NCBI GenBank assembly: GCA_024626585.2
Contig: JANKJI020000002.1
Span: 168,682,179 to 168,701,805 of the forward strand
DNA: 19,627 nt
Reading direction: 5' to 3'
From: Ginkgo biloba
Taxonomy: Eukaryota; Plantae; Ginkgophyta
Made by a program: the position numbers and the translations under genes. Positions 1-9,479 of the stretch are shown piece after piece (within the stretch, counting starts at the first letter, position 1; each line of letters begins with the position of its first letter). A model generated the notes under the pieces. It did not search any database and was not told where the DNA came from. It was given only the letters and a program-made list of their open reading frames with translations.

Positions 1-1620
1 GGCATCATAAAAACCCTAAGCATCATTTGGCATTATTATCTTGACTTCTCATGGAAGGCATTTTTTCTTTTGAGAAAAATGCTACATTTATGAAGCATTT
101 TCAGTGTAAGAGTCCTTTTTTGTATGCTAGCTATCACTTTGCTCTAGTAGAAGTTGTTGTTCTTGGCTTTCTGTTGTTTTTTACTTAGCCATGGAGGTTT
201 CTTCTACATTTATCATGGCTTTTTGAGGATTTTCTCGGAGAGAAAATACCTTAAGAGATTCTATAATGGAAGGCGCCCCTTTTGGAAGTGTTTTGAGGGC
301 TTATAGAGTATTTGGAAGGCCTAGTAAACCTATAGAAGAAAGTTGCAACAATTTTGGATGCATCAAATTGATTCTAGACTATGTGTGCGCATTAAGGATG
401 GATGCATGACTACGACTGCACATTAAGCATGTATAGAAACTGCAATCGTGCTTATTTTTTTACTTGCATTGCATTTGACTTTGCATGAAGGGCGTTGCAT
501 CTTGAAGGTAAGATTTGTGACTTTTTTGCATAAGGAGGCTTTCCCAATCTCTAGAGAGCTCATATCTATTGTATGAGTACCATTCTAATGTATGTACCAT
601 TTATAGTCACTCTTTTATTATTTTCTATAGTATTGCTATTTCTAACATAGTCTAGAATCTGAATGCATGGTTATATTTGCACTTGTATGTGTTTGTTAAC
701 CCTAGATATTTAGATCTAGACTCTCTATAGTGAGGTGACCTTAGTCAAAGGGTCATTTCATGCTTTTTGTGGCGATTTTTGCAAATGCATGTTATTAGGG
801 TTTGATATGGTTCTCCGCCTTACGTTGTTTGCAAAATGTAAACCCTAGAACCCAGTTATTGGTGGCATATATTAGTATGGTAACCATTGGGGAGGATTGT
901 ACTGCATCATGGTGTGCATTTATTAGTTCGACTAGGGATAGTACTAGCAATATGCCCTTGTGTCAGCATTTTATGTGATTGTGTGTCATAGGCTCTAATA
1001 GTTGGAGTTGGGCTAACATCGTGATAACTCTAGAGATGTTATGGTGTTGTGGCCTATGCTAGCATCCATAGGGGGCCATTCTTCTCAATTTATCGACACT
1101 ATTATATGCTTACATTGTATTTTGTGCAGTTAGTATGCTGTGTGCATGAACTGTCAGGGGGAAGGGTATCACAATTTTTATTTGAGAGACGACCCTAGTG
1201 CCAAAGAATGGGTTGCAAGCCTACACTTGGCACTCTTCCTAACTACAAGGGGTAGACTCAAATGGGAAGGTTGTTTGGGCCCAATGGTTAGCATTTATTG
1301 CACTAGAGGTTTGCGTTGGTAGCTAGGGTAGGTCCCCAAAGGTGGTTCTCATGGCCAACTAGTGGGTGTTAAGGCAAGTCACCAAGCCATTCCCTTGCCC
1401 CTAACAGTCTAACCTTTAAACCTTGTACACACTCATGCTATGTGGTTACAAGAGTTAGTATAAATGAAAAAATTCCTTTATTGCATTATTTTTGCTTATT
1501 TATTTATTTATATTTATTTGTGCACTCTGATTATTCATACATGTTATTTGTACTTATTTATGTATTCTCTATTATCCATGCATGTTTATAAGTAAATAAT
1601 ATAGATTACCCAATGGGATT
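1..1620. mobile_element. Non-coding, LTR-retrotransposon-like DNA (LTR/UTR), family unassigned
   Basis: No credible ORF, T-rich tracts, telo-box-like AAACCCTA at 11 and ~841, many TAG/CTA trinucleotides, and it sits inside a retroelement nest. No boundaries are identifiable. Confidence 0.35.
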
Positions 1621-1631
1621 AAAGGCAGGAT

Positions 1632-1795
1632 TGTTAATCGTAGTAGTATTACGACATTAATTTGCTTAGATTGGAATGAATCCTAAGGTCACTCTTTTGG
1701 GTGGGATTATTTTATCCATAATAGTTGTGAATGAATTCATTTCGAATTTGCTCCTACACCATTCCTTCTTTGATATTGAAACTAGGTCTTCAACA
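1632..1795 (+). repeat. Candidate short Ty1/copia LTR
   Basis: Starts TGTT (1632) and ends TTCAACA (1795). It is preceded by purine-rich AAAGGCAGGA and followed by GTGAAGCTT, which may be a decayed tRNA-Met PBS (canonical TGGTATCAGAGC), and then by gag. No second copy is visible in the window. Confidence 0.3.
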
Positions 1796-1989
1796 GTGAA
1801 GCTTTGTAGGATGGCACCTAAGCGAGTTATGAAGTTTGTCACCAATGGGTACTATGAGGTAAGCCTGACTCTATTAATGTAACTATCGACCCTTAGCATT
1901 TGAATTATGTGTTTTGTAACTTGGCTTCAAGGACTCTAATAGGATACTTCTTGGGTAGACCTCCCCCTAAGATTGTGTTCCAATCCTAG

Positions 1990-2436
1990 ATCAAAGAGAC
2001 ATGGGAAATTTATGGCGGGAAAATTGTTCCATCTAATATCTCAATAGGAATTATTAATCCTTCGTGTTTGAAACACCTAAAATGAATAATGAGCTATTCA
2101 AAGGCCCTTGGGCTTATAGTTGAGTTTGATCTGAAAGATAACAAAGCTTTAGCTTTGATTCGAAGTTCGTGCACATAAGATCTATATGTGCGTTTGGAAA
2201 CTATTGATCACTCTTTTGAAGCTTGGAGCAAGTTGGAAGAACGATTTGAGCATAAGAAAACTAGTTTGAAGGTATAATTACACACACAAATCCTTAATGA
2301 AAAAATTAATGAAGGTGGAGATGTATTCAAGTACATTAACCAAATTGAAATTATTAAAAAGGAGATAAAAGAAGTAAAGCTAAAAGAAATAAATGATAAT
2401 TTTGTGGTCAATATTGTACTAAATGGGCTTTCACCA
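1990..2436 (+). pseudogene. gag: Ty1/copia gag fragment (Retrotran_gag_2/UBN2-like), degenerate and 3'-truncated
   Basis: From 2122 it translates as EFDLKDNKALALIRSSCT*DLYVRLETIDHSFEAWSKLEERFEHKKTSLKV*LHTQILNEKINEGGDVFKYINQIEIIKKEIKEVKLKEINDNFVVNIVLNGLSP. This fits the copia gag pattern DxKAxxxI...AWxxLxxxF...KMxEGxxV...D..VxxxLxGLP. ETWEIYGG near 2000 resembles the LWxxVxG motif. Confidence 0.8.
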
Positions 2437-2487
2437 TTGATTAAAAGGCTCTATAGATCCAAGATCAACTTCTAGATCCCGAGGAGG

Positions 2488-2714
2488 ATGGATCAAGGAG
2501 GGAGTTCTGAGAAGGGAGAGCCCTCGGATAGGGATCCAAAGGATGGGATTATGAAGAAATCGTACAGCCAAGCAGTCAATCCATGGCCTAAAGGAAATTC
2601 GGTAAGGAACAGGGTTTCCTTTTTTTCGAAATCAAATTCAAGCTCAGTAATTATCAAAAGAAAAGAAGAAAGAGCATTGATCAAAGTAGATGAGAGGTTT
2701 TATTTGCTGGAAAA
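2488..2714 (+). mobile_element. Probable 5' end of a plant L1-type LINE ORF1, running into an assembly gap
   Basis: Open frame MDQGGSSEKGEP...MKKSYSQAVNP...ERALIKVDERFYLLE. A disordered N-terminus plus a KSY[AS]xAV motif is typical upstream of DUF4283 in plant LINE ORF1. It begins just after the copia gag stops abruptly. Confidence 0.55.
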
Positions 2715-5459
2715 NNNNNNNNNNNNNNNNNNNNNNNNNNNNNNNNNNNNNNNNNNNNNNNNNNNNNNNNNNNNNNNNNNNNNNNNNNNNNNNNNNNNNN
2801 NNNNNNNNNNNNNNAAGGGTGGCTTAGGTACAACCACATAGTTTTTAAAATCATTGAAACACAAACATAGGGATATGAAAATCCACTACAAAAATAACAT
2901 GAATAAAAGATAATTAAATTGGGGGCATAGCCCCAAGAATACCATCATTTTGACCATCCCTGCAACCAAAGCCATCTCATCCATCAATTTTGCATTTATA
3001 CTCCTAGTAGAAGAGATAGCTATGCTACGTGAGGGGGCCTTGCTCTAACCATCCTTAGGTTTAGGATTGGGAAAAGGGTCTATGAGAAGTCTTATCACCC
3101 TGGTGGGGCCTCTATATGTTATAACCCAATCAACTATGGTTAGCGAGCTTAGTTGATCGAGTACCAAGTCAACTAGAGAAGTAGGGCTCTAAGTGCATTA
3201 AATAGGCCTCTTAAAGGCAAACACTTTGTAATTGCTTAAGATAAGGGTTTAGAAGGAGAGCCAACAAGTTAATTTGGGGCATTCTAGTTGACCTCGATGG
3301 TGGGACCCTTAAAGGGCACAAAAACAATTTCAAGGGTGCAAAAGCCTACCTCGAGCTAATCACCCCTTCCCTTAAGGGCTAGATGTCCCTTGGCTTAAGG
3401 CGCTAANNNNNNNNNNNNNNNNNNNNNNNNNNNNNNNNNNNNNNNNNNNNNNNNNNNNNNNNNNNNNNNNNNNNNNNNNNNNNNNNNNNNNNNNNNNNNN
3501 NNNNNNNNNNNNNNTGTTGTGTCCAATTTCCACTTAGAGAAAGTGCTTTCTACTTAAGGTTGATTTTTCTATGTCCTACTTGTTGAAGGCTTCCTTATGA
3601 AGTCACATTTATTACTATCTTGATGCCCTAGACTAGCCTGAAGGCTAACTACTACTTCTTGGCGACTTTCTTGAGGCTTCTTTAGCAAAAGAAGACCTCC
3701 AGTCTATCCCTACTAAAGACCAAACCCTATTTAGGGGTTTTCTTACCCTCTGAAGCTGCCAGNNNNNNNNNNNNNNNNNNNNNNNNNNNNNNNNNNNNNN
3801 NNNNNNNNNNNNNNNNNNNNNNNNNNNNNNNNNNNNNNCCAAGTTGAAGGAGAGTTGTCGAAGGTGATCCAGTGATCAGTAAGCCTGTGCAACCTCCAAA
3901 ATAAATCAGAATATTAGGGTTTTCACCCTAGAAAGGTATGTGTAAATTGCTTGATTGTGTTTATGTTATTTGTTGTACTTTTTATGATATGAATCTATGA
4001 TTTGTTGATATGAATGGGTATGGAAAATCCTAGAATGTTAGATTTAGATTGGTGATATGAGGTACCCTTAGAATAAATGGGCCAAGNNNNNNNNNNNNNN
4101 NNNNNNNNNNNNNNNNNNNNNNNNNNNNNNNNNNNNNNNNNNNNNNNNNNNNNNNNNNNNNNNNNNNNNNNNNNNNNNNNNNNNNNNNAAGTGAGGACAG
4201 TTTTTGATATCCAACTAGGGATTGTACTAGTATGGACATTTGTATGAGCATAATATGGATCTTGAGTCCTAAGGCTTGGAGGAGGGGCTAGCACTTGTTA
4301 GACTCCAAAGATAGTACGAAAGCCATTATGGTGTCCTAAGGCACTATGGCGGGGTCTGTTATTCTCAATTGAATTGGCACTTTTGTGTTTGGCATGCCTT
4401 GTGTATGAGCATGAAATGGACCAAGCATTCTAAGGCTTNNNNNNNNNNNNNNNNNNNNNNNNNNNNNNNNNNNNNNNNNNNNNNNNNNNNNNNNNNNNNN
4501 NNNNNNNNNNNNNNNNNNNNNNNNNNNNNNNNNNNNNNNNNNNNNNNNNNNNNNNNNNNNNNNNNNNNNNNNNNNNNNNNNNNNNNNNNNNNNNNNNNNN
4601 NNNNNNNNNNNNNNNNNNNNNNNNNNNNNNNNNNNNNNNNNNNNNNNNNNNNNNNNNNNNNNNNNNNNNNNNNNNNNNNNNNNNNNNNNNNNNNNNNNNN
4701 NNNNNNNNNNNNNNNNNNNNNNNNNNNNNNNNNNNNNNNNNNNNNNNNNNNNNNNNNNNNNNNNNNNNNNNNNNNNNNNNNNNNNNNNNNNNNNNNNNNN
4801 NNNNNNNNNNNNNNNNNNNNNNNNNNNNNNNNNNNNNNNNNNNNNNNNNNNNNNNNNNNNNNNNNNNNNNNNNNNNNNNNNNNNNNNNNNNNNNNNNNNN
4901 NNNNNNNNNNNNNNNNNNNNNNNNNNNNNNNNNNNNNNNNNNNNNNNNNNNNNNNNNNNNNNNNNNNNNNNNNNNNNNNNNNNNNNNNNNNNNNNNNNNN
5001 NNNNNNNNNNNNNNNNNNNNNNNNNNNNNNNNNNNNNNNNNNNNNNNNNNNNNNNNNNNNNNNNNNNNNNNNNNNNNNNNNNNNNNNNNNNNNNNNNNNN
5101 NNNNNNNNNNNNNNNNNNNNNNNNNNNNNNNNNNNNNNNNNNNNNNNNNNNNNNNNNNNNNNNNNNNNNNNNNNNNNNNNNNNNNNNNNNNNNNNNNNNN
5201 NNNNNNNNNNNNNNNNNNNNNNNNNNNNNNNNNNNNNNNNNNNNNNNNNNNNNNNNNNNNNNNNNNNNNNNNNNNNNNNNNNNNNNNNNNNNNNNNNNNN
5301 NNNNNNNNNNNNNNNNNNNNNNNNNNCTCCACCATAAGAATGTGGCAGCCTTGATGGAAGTAGTACACCAAAGATTTAAGTCCCAAAGGAGAAAGGAGCC
5401 TTGCTAAAGGATGAGTTTAGAGAGGAGCAACAAACTCTTGCACCCAGTAAGTTAAATAT

Positions 5460-5965
5460 TTGGCCTATTTTCACAACCAAAAGAGATGAAGAATGGTTTT
5501 AGGTTGTCCACACATGGGGCACTTATTATTAGTACCCCCAATTTTCAAAAGCCTATCTTTAGTGTCTAGTCTATGGTGCATTATAGACCATGCAAAGAAG
5601 GCCTTTTCTTGGCTCTAAAGAGGCGTTCCAGAGTGTCTCAAACCTTCGGTTCTAAATAAGCTTAGTGCAAACACACTCCCATTTGTCTTTCAATTTATTA
5701 GTGAGATTATTTAGATGCTCAAGTATTAGCACAAGTGGGAGGTAGAGATCTTGGTCATGGCTTTGGACACATTCCCTACCCAATCTTTCCACCAAGCCTT
5801 AAGGGGATCAGATATCATTTGAGCTTAAAATAATTAGACAACATTGCCAGTCCAAGAAAGTCTTGTCTTGTGTGCAAAGGTTGAACTCAGCCTATAAGAG
5901 TTCCTAATCTTTCCATTAATTGGTTCTAAAGTAATAAATATCCATTAGAGTTTTGATGTCTCTCC
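5460..5965 (-). pseudogene. LINE ORF2 C-terminal region with zf-RVT zinc-binding domain
   Basis: DIKTLMDIYYFRTN*WKD*ELL*AEFNL at ~5965-5880. Then LWNASLEPRK / AFFAWSIMHHRLDTKDRLLKIGGTNNKCPMCGQPKTILHLFWL*K*AK at ~5635-5460, which fits W..P.K..F.W....RL.T.DRL......CxxC...ET..HLF..C. Confidence 0.85.
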
Positions 5966-6182
5966 TTAAGAGCCTAATGGCACAAGATCACTTTATTTCC
6001 CCTGAACAATTGTCACCTTCTGAAATCGATGAGGAAAAAAATGGATGTTGCAATTGATAAGACTCTTGTAGGTTAGATGTCATTTGGATTGTCCTAGGCT
6101 TGTCAAAAGTGTTTAAAAATAACAAATCCAACAATTGGCTTGGAAAGAATATTCCTTTAATACCTACTAGAAAAGAGTTAAG

Positions 6183-6971
6183 CTAGAGATAAGATGCATT
6201 CATTTTGAAAGATGAGGCTCTCTTGGCATTCTAGCTTCTCCCCAAACAATTTGGAAGAAGATATGAGAGTGATCTAAAAGAGTAGCATGACTAGTGATTT
6301 TTATGGGTCTACTTTGCTCATAGTGAATCCTAAATAGGTTATCATTGGAGATCATAATGTTGTCTAGCCTTCCCAACACTTTCCTATGCTTATTTTTTAA
6401 GTTGGACCCAATGAACCAGGCTTCATGCTAGTCTTGTTTTTTGTGTCCTTTGGGGTCAAACAACCCAAGTCTAAATTTTATATGGAATTAGGTAGATTAT
6501 TCATCTTATTGACATTAGAGGCCTCTAAGCTTATTTTCTTGATCTTAGACCAAGTTTAAGTCTCTATTCACAATCTAGGAAGTTGGTGGGAGCTCTTCTC
6601 TAAGCCATTGCCATAGAGAGTCTCTCCCACTAGTATTATTGGGAGCATACATATTTGCTATACATAGGGCTTTGTTGTTGATACTAAGTAAAACCCATAC
6701 TACTTTGTCAATAGGGTCACAACCTTAAGAAATGGCTTTCTTTCCAATGGTTGGAGACAACAGAAGAGTTTATGTCATCATTGCCCACTTGGTAGTCAGA
6801 GACAAAGGGATAAGACTCTGACCATATGGAGTGAAGGGTGATTTGGAGCTTAAAGCCCACCAATTTGACTTCTAAAAGACAAAAGACATCTAGTTGCTTG
6901 TACTCTTTTCTTAGCGTTTTGACTAAATCTTTTTGATAGGGATTTATCGAGGCTCAAACATTAAAACTCAT
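6183..6971 (-). pseudogene. LINE ORF2 APE-type endonuclease domain (with stops and frameshifts)
   Basis: Motifs in order: MSFNV*AS (SWNVRGL), DVFCLLEVK (DILCLQE), CIANMYAPNNTSGRDSLWQWLREELP (NIYAP), *IVNRDLNLV (WIxxGDFN), WFIGSN (FTWSN), GRLDNI (RLDR), LDHSHI (SDHxPI), then FKMNASYL (FxFNxxxL linker). Confidence 0.9.
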
Positions 6972-6975
6972 GTAG

Positions 6976-7275
6976 TTAGTCAAAGGTAGAAATTGGGTTT
7001 TCTTTGTCCATATCATCTTCTTCTCCTGTGTCCTCATTAGAGATTGGATCAAAGGGATTAGTGGTATCTATTCTATTTGTTAGTCTTTTACCTTGGCTCT
7101 TGNNNNNNNNNNNNNNNNNNNNNNNNNNNNNNNNNNNNNNNNNNNNNNNNNNNNNNNNNNNNNNNNNNNNNNNNNNNNNNNNNNNNNNNNNNNNNNNNNN
7201 NNTGACTCTTTCACTTAGGTTAGTGTGCCTTCGGTATGGGGACCTCCTTTTGACTTTTATTGGATTTGTTTCCTT
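6976..7275 (-). pseudogene. LINE ORF1 C-terminal fragment
   Basis: KSQGKRLTNRIDTTNPFDPISNEDTGEEDDMDKENPISTFD*, with the TAA stop at 6978-6976. It has an NPFxx[LI] motif and an acidic tail, and ends a few bases before the ORF2 endonuclease start. Confidence 0.55.
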
Positions 7276-7289
7276 GACAAAAATTTGGC

Positions 7290-7990
7290 GTTGACCAAGT
7301 TTGATTGCATCATAAATGCTCCTTTAGGTTGACTGACATTGTCATGAATGATTTGTACTCATTAAGTCGGCTCTGATAGCTTTGACAAAGTTTCACCGCA
7401 TCGTAAATGGCTTAATTAAGTTGGCTTACGTCATGTTGCAACCCATGTCAGTTTTGACAGTGTTGACCATCATTAATTGCATCATAAATGTGCCTTAAAG
7501 TCGGTTGACATAATCACTTGCACCCTCAATGAGGTCGGGTGTACCTTAGCATTAAATGCAATTGTACTTGAGCATGTAATGCTACTATTCTTAGTATTTA
7601 TTACAATTTTTTGAAGAACTTTGACTAGCAATTTTCTGCTGTTGACATCATCATTTGGATGCCACATCATCCTTAGGGTTGCCACATCACCATTTGGACT
7701 TTTGACCAATGATATAAGGTTGTTTTGACTTATTTTGACCTTCCTTAGGTCGGTTTGATTTCTTCCAAGGTTGTTAGTCCTACCTTAAGGCGATTTTGTC
7801 TCTTAAAGGTGGTTTTGACCTACCTAAGGTGCTTTTGACTTGATTTCATTTTCCATTTGCCCTTTGTGGATGTGACAACATCATTGTTGTAGTCTCATNN
7901 NNNNNNNNNNNNNNNNCTCCTTTGGCTACCACATCATTTTGCGCTAGTTATCGTATCTTTTGTCGATTTTGTTGTATTATGTCAGGTACA
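7290..7990. mobile_element. Minisatellite-rich LTR-like segment ending in ...CAGGTACA, apparently inserted at the start of the gypsy RT
   Basis: Non-coding and internally repetitive. It ends in CA at 7990, immediately before RT-homologous sequence begins. Confidence 0.4.
7745..7842. repeat. ~20-bp degenerate minisatellite (consensus about TAAGGTGGTTTTGACCTACC), 5 copies plus an outlier at 7715
   Basis: Units start at 7745, 7766, 7786, 7805 and 7825, giving spacings of 21, 20, 19 and 20 bp. Confidence 0.7.
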
Positions 7991-8900
7991 AATATCCCAG
8001 TAACATTCGCATGGTGTCATTAGGATTTGAAATGGATTCCCTTACCATTAGGACAACACCATAATGACGTAACTGAAGGAGCAAAGTGGAAACATTAACA
8101 CCCTTAATGAAAAAAATGAGAAGATGCTAAAGGTGAGGTTCGCGCACGTGTGTGGTAGAAAATAGCAAATGGGGGTCAATCCCATTGTAATTTTTTGAAA
8201 GACAATNNNNNNNNNNNNNNNNNNNNNNNNNNNNNNNNNNNNNNNNNNNNNNNNNNNNNNNNNNNNNNNNNNNNNNNNNNNNNNNNNNNNNNNNNNNNNN
8301 NNNNNNNNNNNNNNNNNNNNNNNNNNNNNNNNNNNNNNNNNTTAGTGGATACAACTAGGTTAATATTGCTTTAGAAGATTAGATAAAAAGCATATTTGTC
8401 GTTGAATGGGGTATGCATGCTTACTAGGTCATTCCATTTGGCCTAACTAATGCACCCGCAACATTTCATCTAGTTATCCTTAATATAATAAAAAAACTAA
8501 TCAATCAAAAACTTGAATTGTTTTAGGATGATTGGACATTGTATTCCATTATAAATGACCACTTAAGTAATCTAAGGCAAATGTTAGAGATATGATAAGA
8601 AAGTGGGCTATATGTAAATTCTAAAAAATGTAGTTTATGGTGTCGCTTGGTAACTTGTTAGGATATGTTATCACCAAGGAAGGACTATTGACCAATATAG
8701 CTAAAGTTGTACTAAATTCAGGGTTTCCTATTTGTAGACAATGCAGTAGCTTAAGGGTTTCCTTGGATTAAATGGATATTATTGATGTTTCATTCACAGT
8801 TACACTTGCCTCATTTGTGTTAGAATGCTTATTAAATAAAGGCACTCCATTGGAATGGACATTAGAACACCAATTAACGTTTGACACACTAAATAACAAA
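7991..8900 (+). pseudogene. pol: Ty3/gypsy reverse transcriptase, degenerate
   Basis: TFAWCH*DLKWIP (~8003) and NEKNEKMLK...VENSKW...PIVI. From 8341: xSGYN*VNIALED*IKSIFVVEWGMHAY*VIPFGLTNAPATF...LELF*DDWTLYS (the YxDD site is at 8521-8532). Then NSKKC, LLGYVITKEG and GFLGLNGYY*CFI. Confidence 0.95.
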
Positions 8901-9300
8901 TGCTCCAATTCTACAACTTTCAAACTAGAATAAAGAGTTCAATATTTATGTGGATGCATCACTGAGCTCTCTCGATAGTGTGTTGGCCCAACTTGGGGAG
9001 GCAACATAGACCACCTCATCTATTTTACCAGCCGGAAACTATTGACAAGAGAATGGAGCCATATAGTGATTGAATGAGAAGGATTGGAGATGGTCTATTC
9101 AATAATTTTTTTTATTAGTATCTTGTAGCCAACCTTTTCAATCTTTATGTAGATCACCAAGCCTTGCTTTTATCTAGTAAAGAAGCCTATACTGCAAGGA
9201 TGTATTAGCTAATGGTTGTTGTTGTTCGAAGAATATACTTTTATAGTGGTAGTTAAACTAGGAGCATGACATAATGTCCTTGACCAATCGTCAAGAATAG
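8901..9300 (+). pseudogene. pol: Ty3/gypsy RNase H, degenerate
   Basis: APILQLSN*NKEFNIYVDASLSSLDSVLAQLGE / NIDHLIYFTSRKLLTREWSHIVIE*EGLEMVYSI...YVDHQALL / LVKKPILQGCIS*WLLLFEEYTFIVVVKLG...DQSSRI. Confidence 0.93.
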
Positions 9301-9479
9301 ATATTAAAGAAGCCATTAGGGTGCCCAATGATTTTCTAGATGTATCCTCATATCAAGTAGCAACAGTTCTAGATTGGTATAGTGATATGACCTAGTGTTT
9401 GGCAACTGGGACCATGCCTTTGGGATTGGATCACTAAGAGCATCGAAACTTGGCTCATAGAGTGAAGCTATGTCAACTA

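Larger units (their letters stand above)
5327..7275 (-). mobile_element. Degenerate L1-clade LINE: ORF1 C-terminus plus internally deleted ORF2
   Basis: The minus strand carries an ORF1-like tail, an AP-endonuclease domain and a zf-RVT domain in the expected order. The 3' end is lost in the large gap and the 5' boundary is approximate. Confidence 0.85.

Noticed and set aside
2816-3762. Possible decayed coding fragments between gaps
   Set aside because: Some frames look protein-like, but I could not recognise any domain motif, so I left them unassigned.
11-3925. AAACCCTA/TAGGGTTT motifs as telomeric repeats
   Set aside because: They are isolated single telo-box-like hits, common in plant repeats, and not a tandem array.
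4369-5386. Long ORFs of 322 and 318 aa (also 10668-11081 and other X-filled ORFs)
   Set aside because: These are artefacts of translating through N gaps.
2488-7275. The two opposite-strand LINE pieces as one twin-primed (5'-inverted) insertion
   Set aside because: The ORF1 5' fragment lies beyond the 3' side of the minus-strand LINE and is separated from it by unrelated DNA and gaps, so the geometry does not fit.
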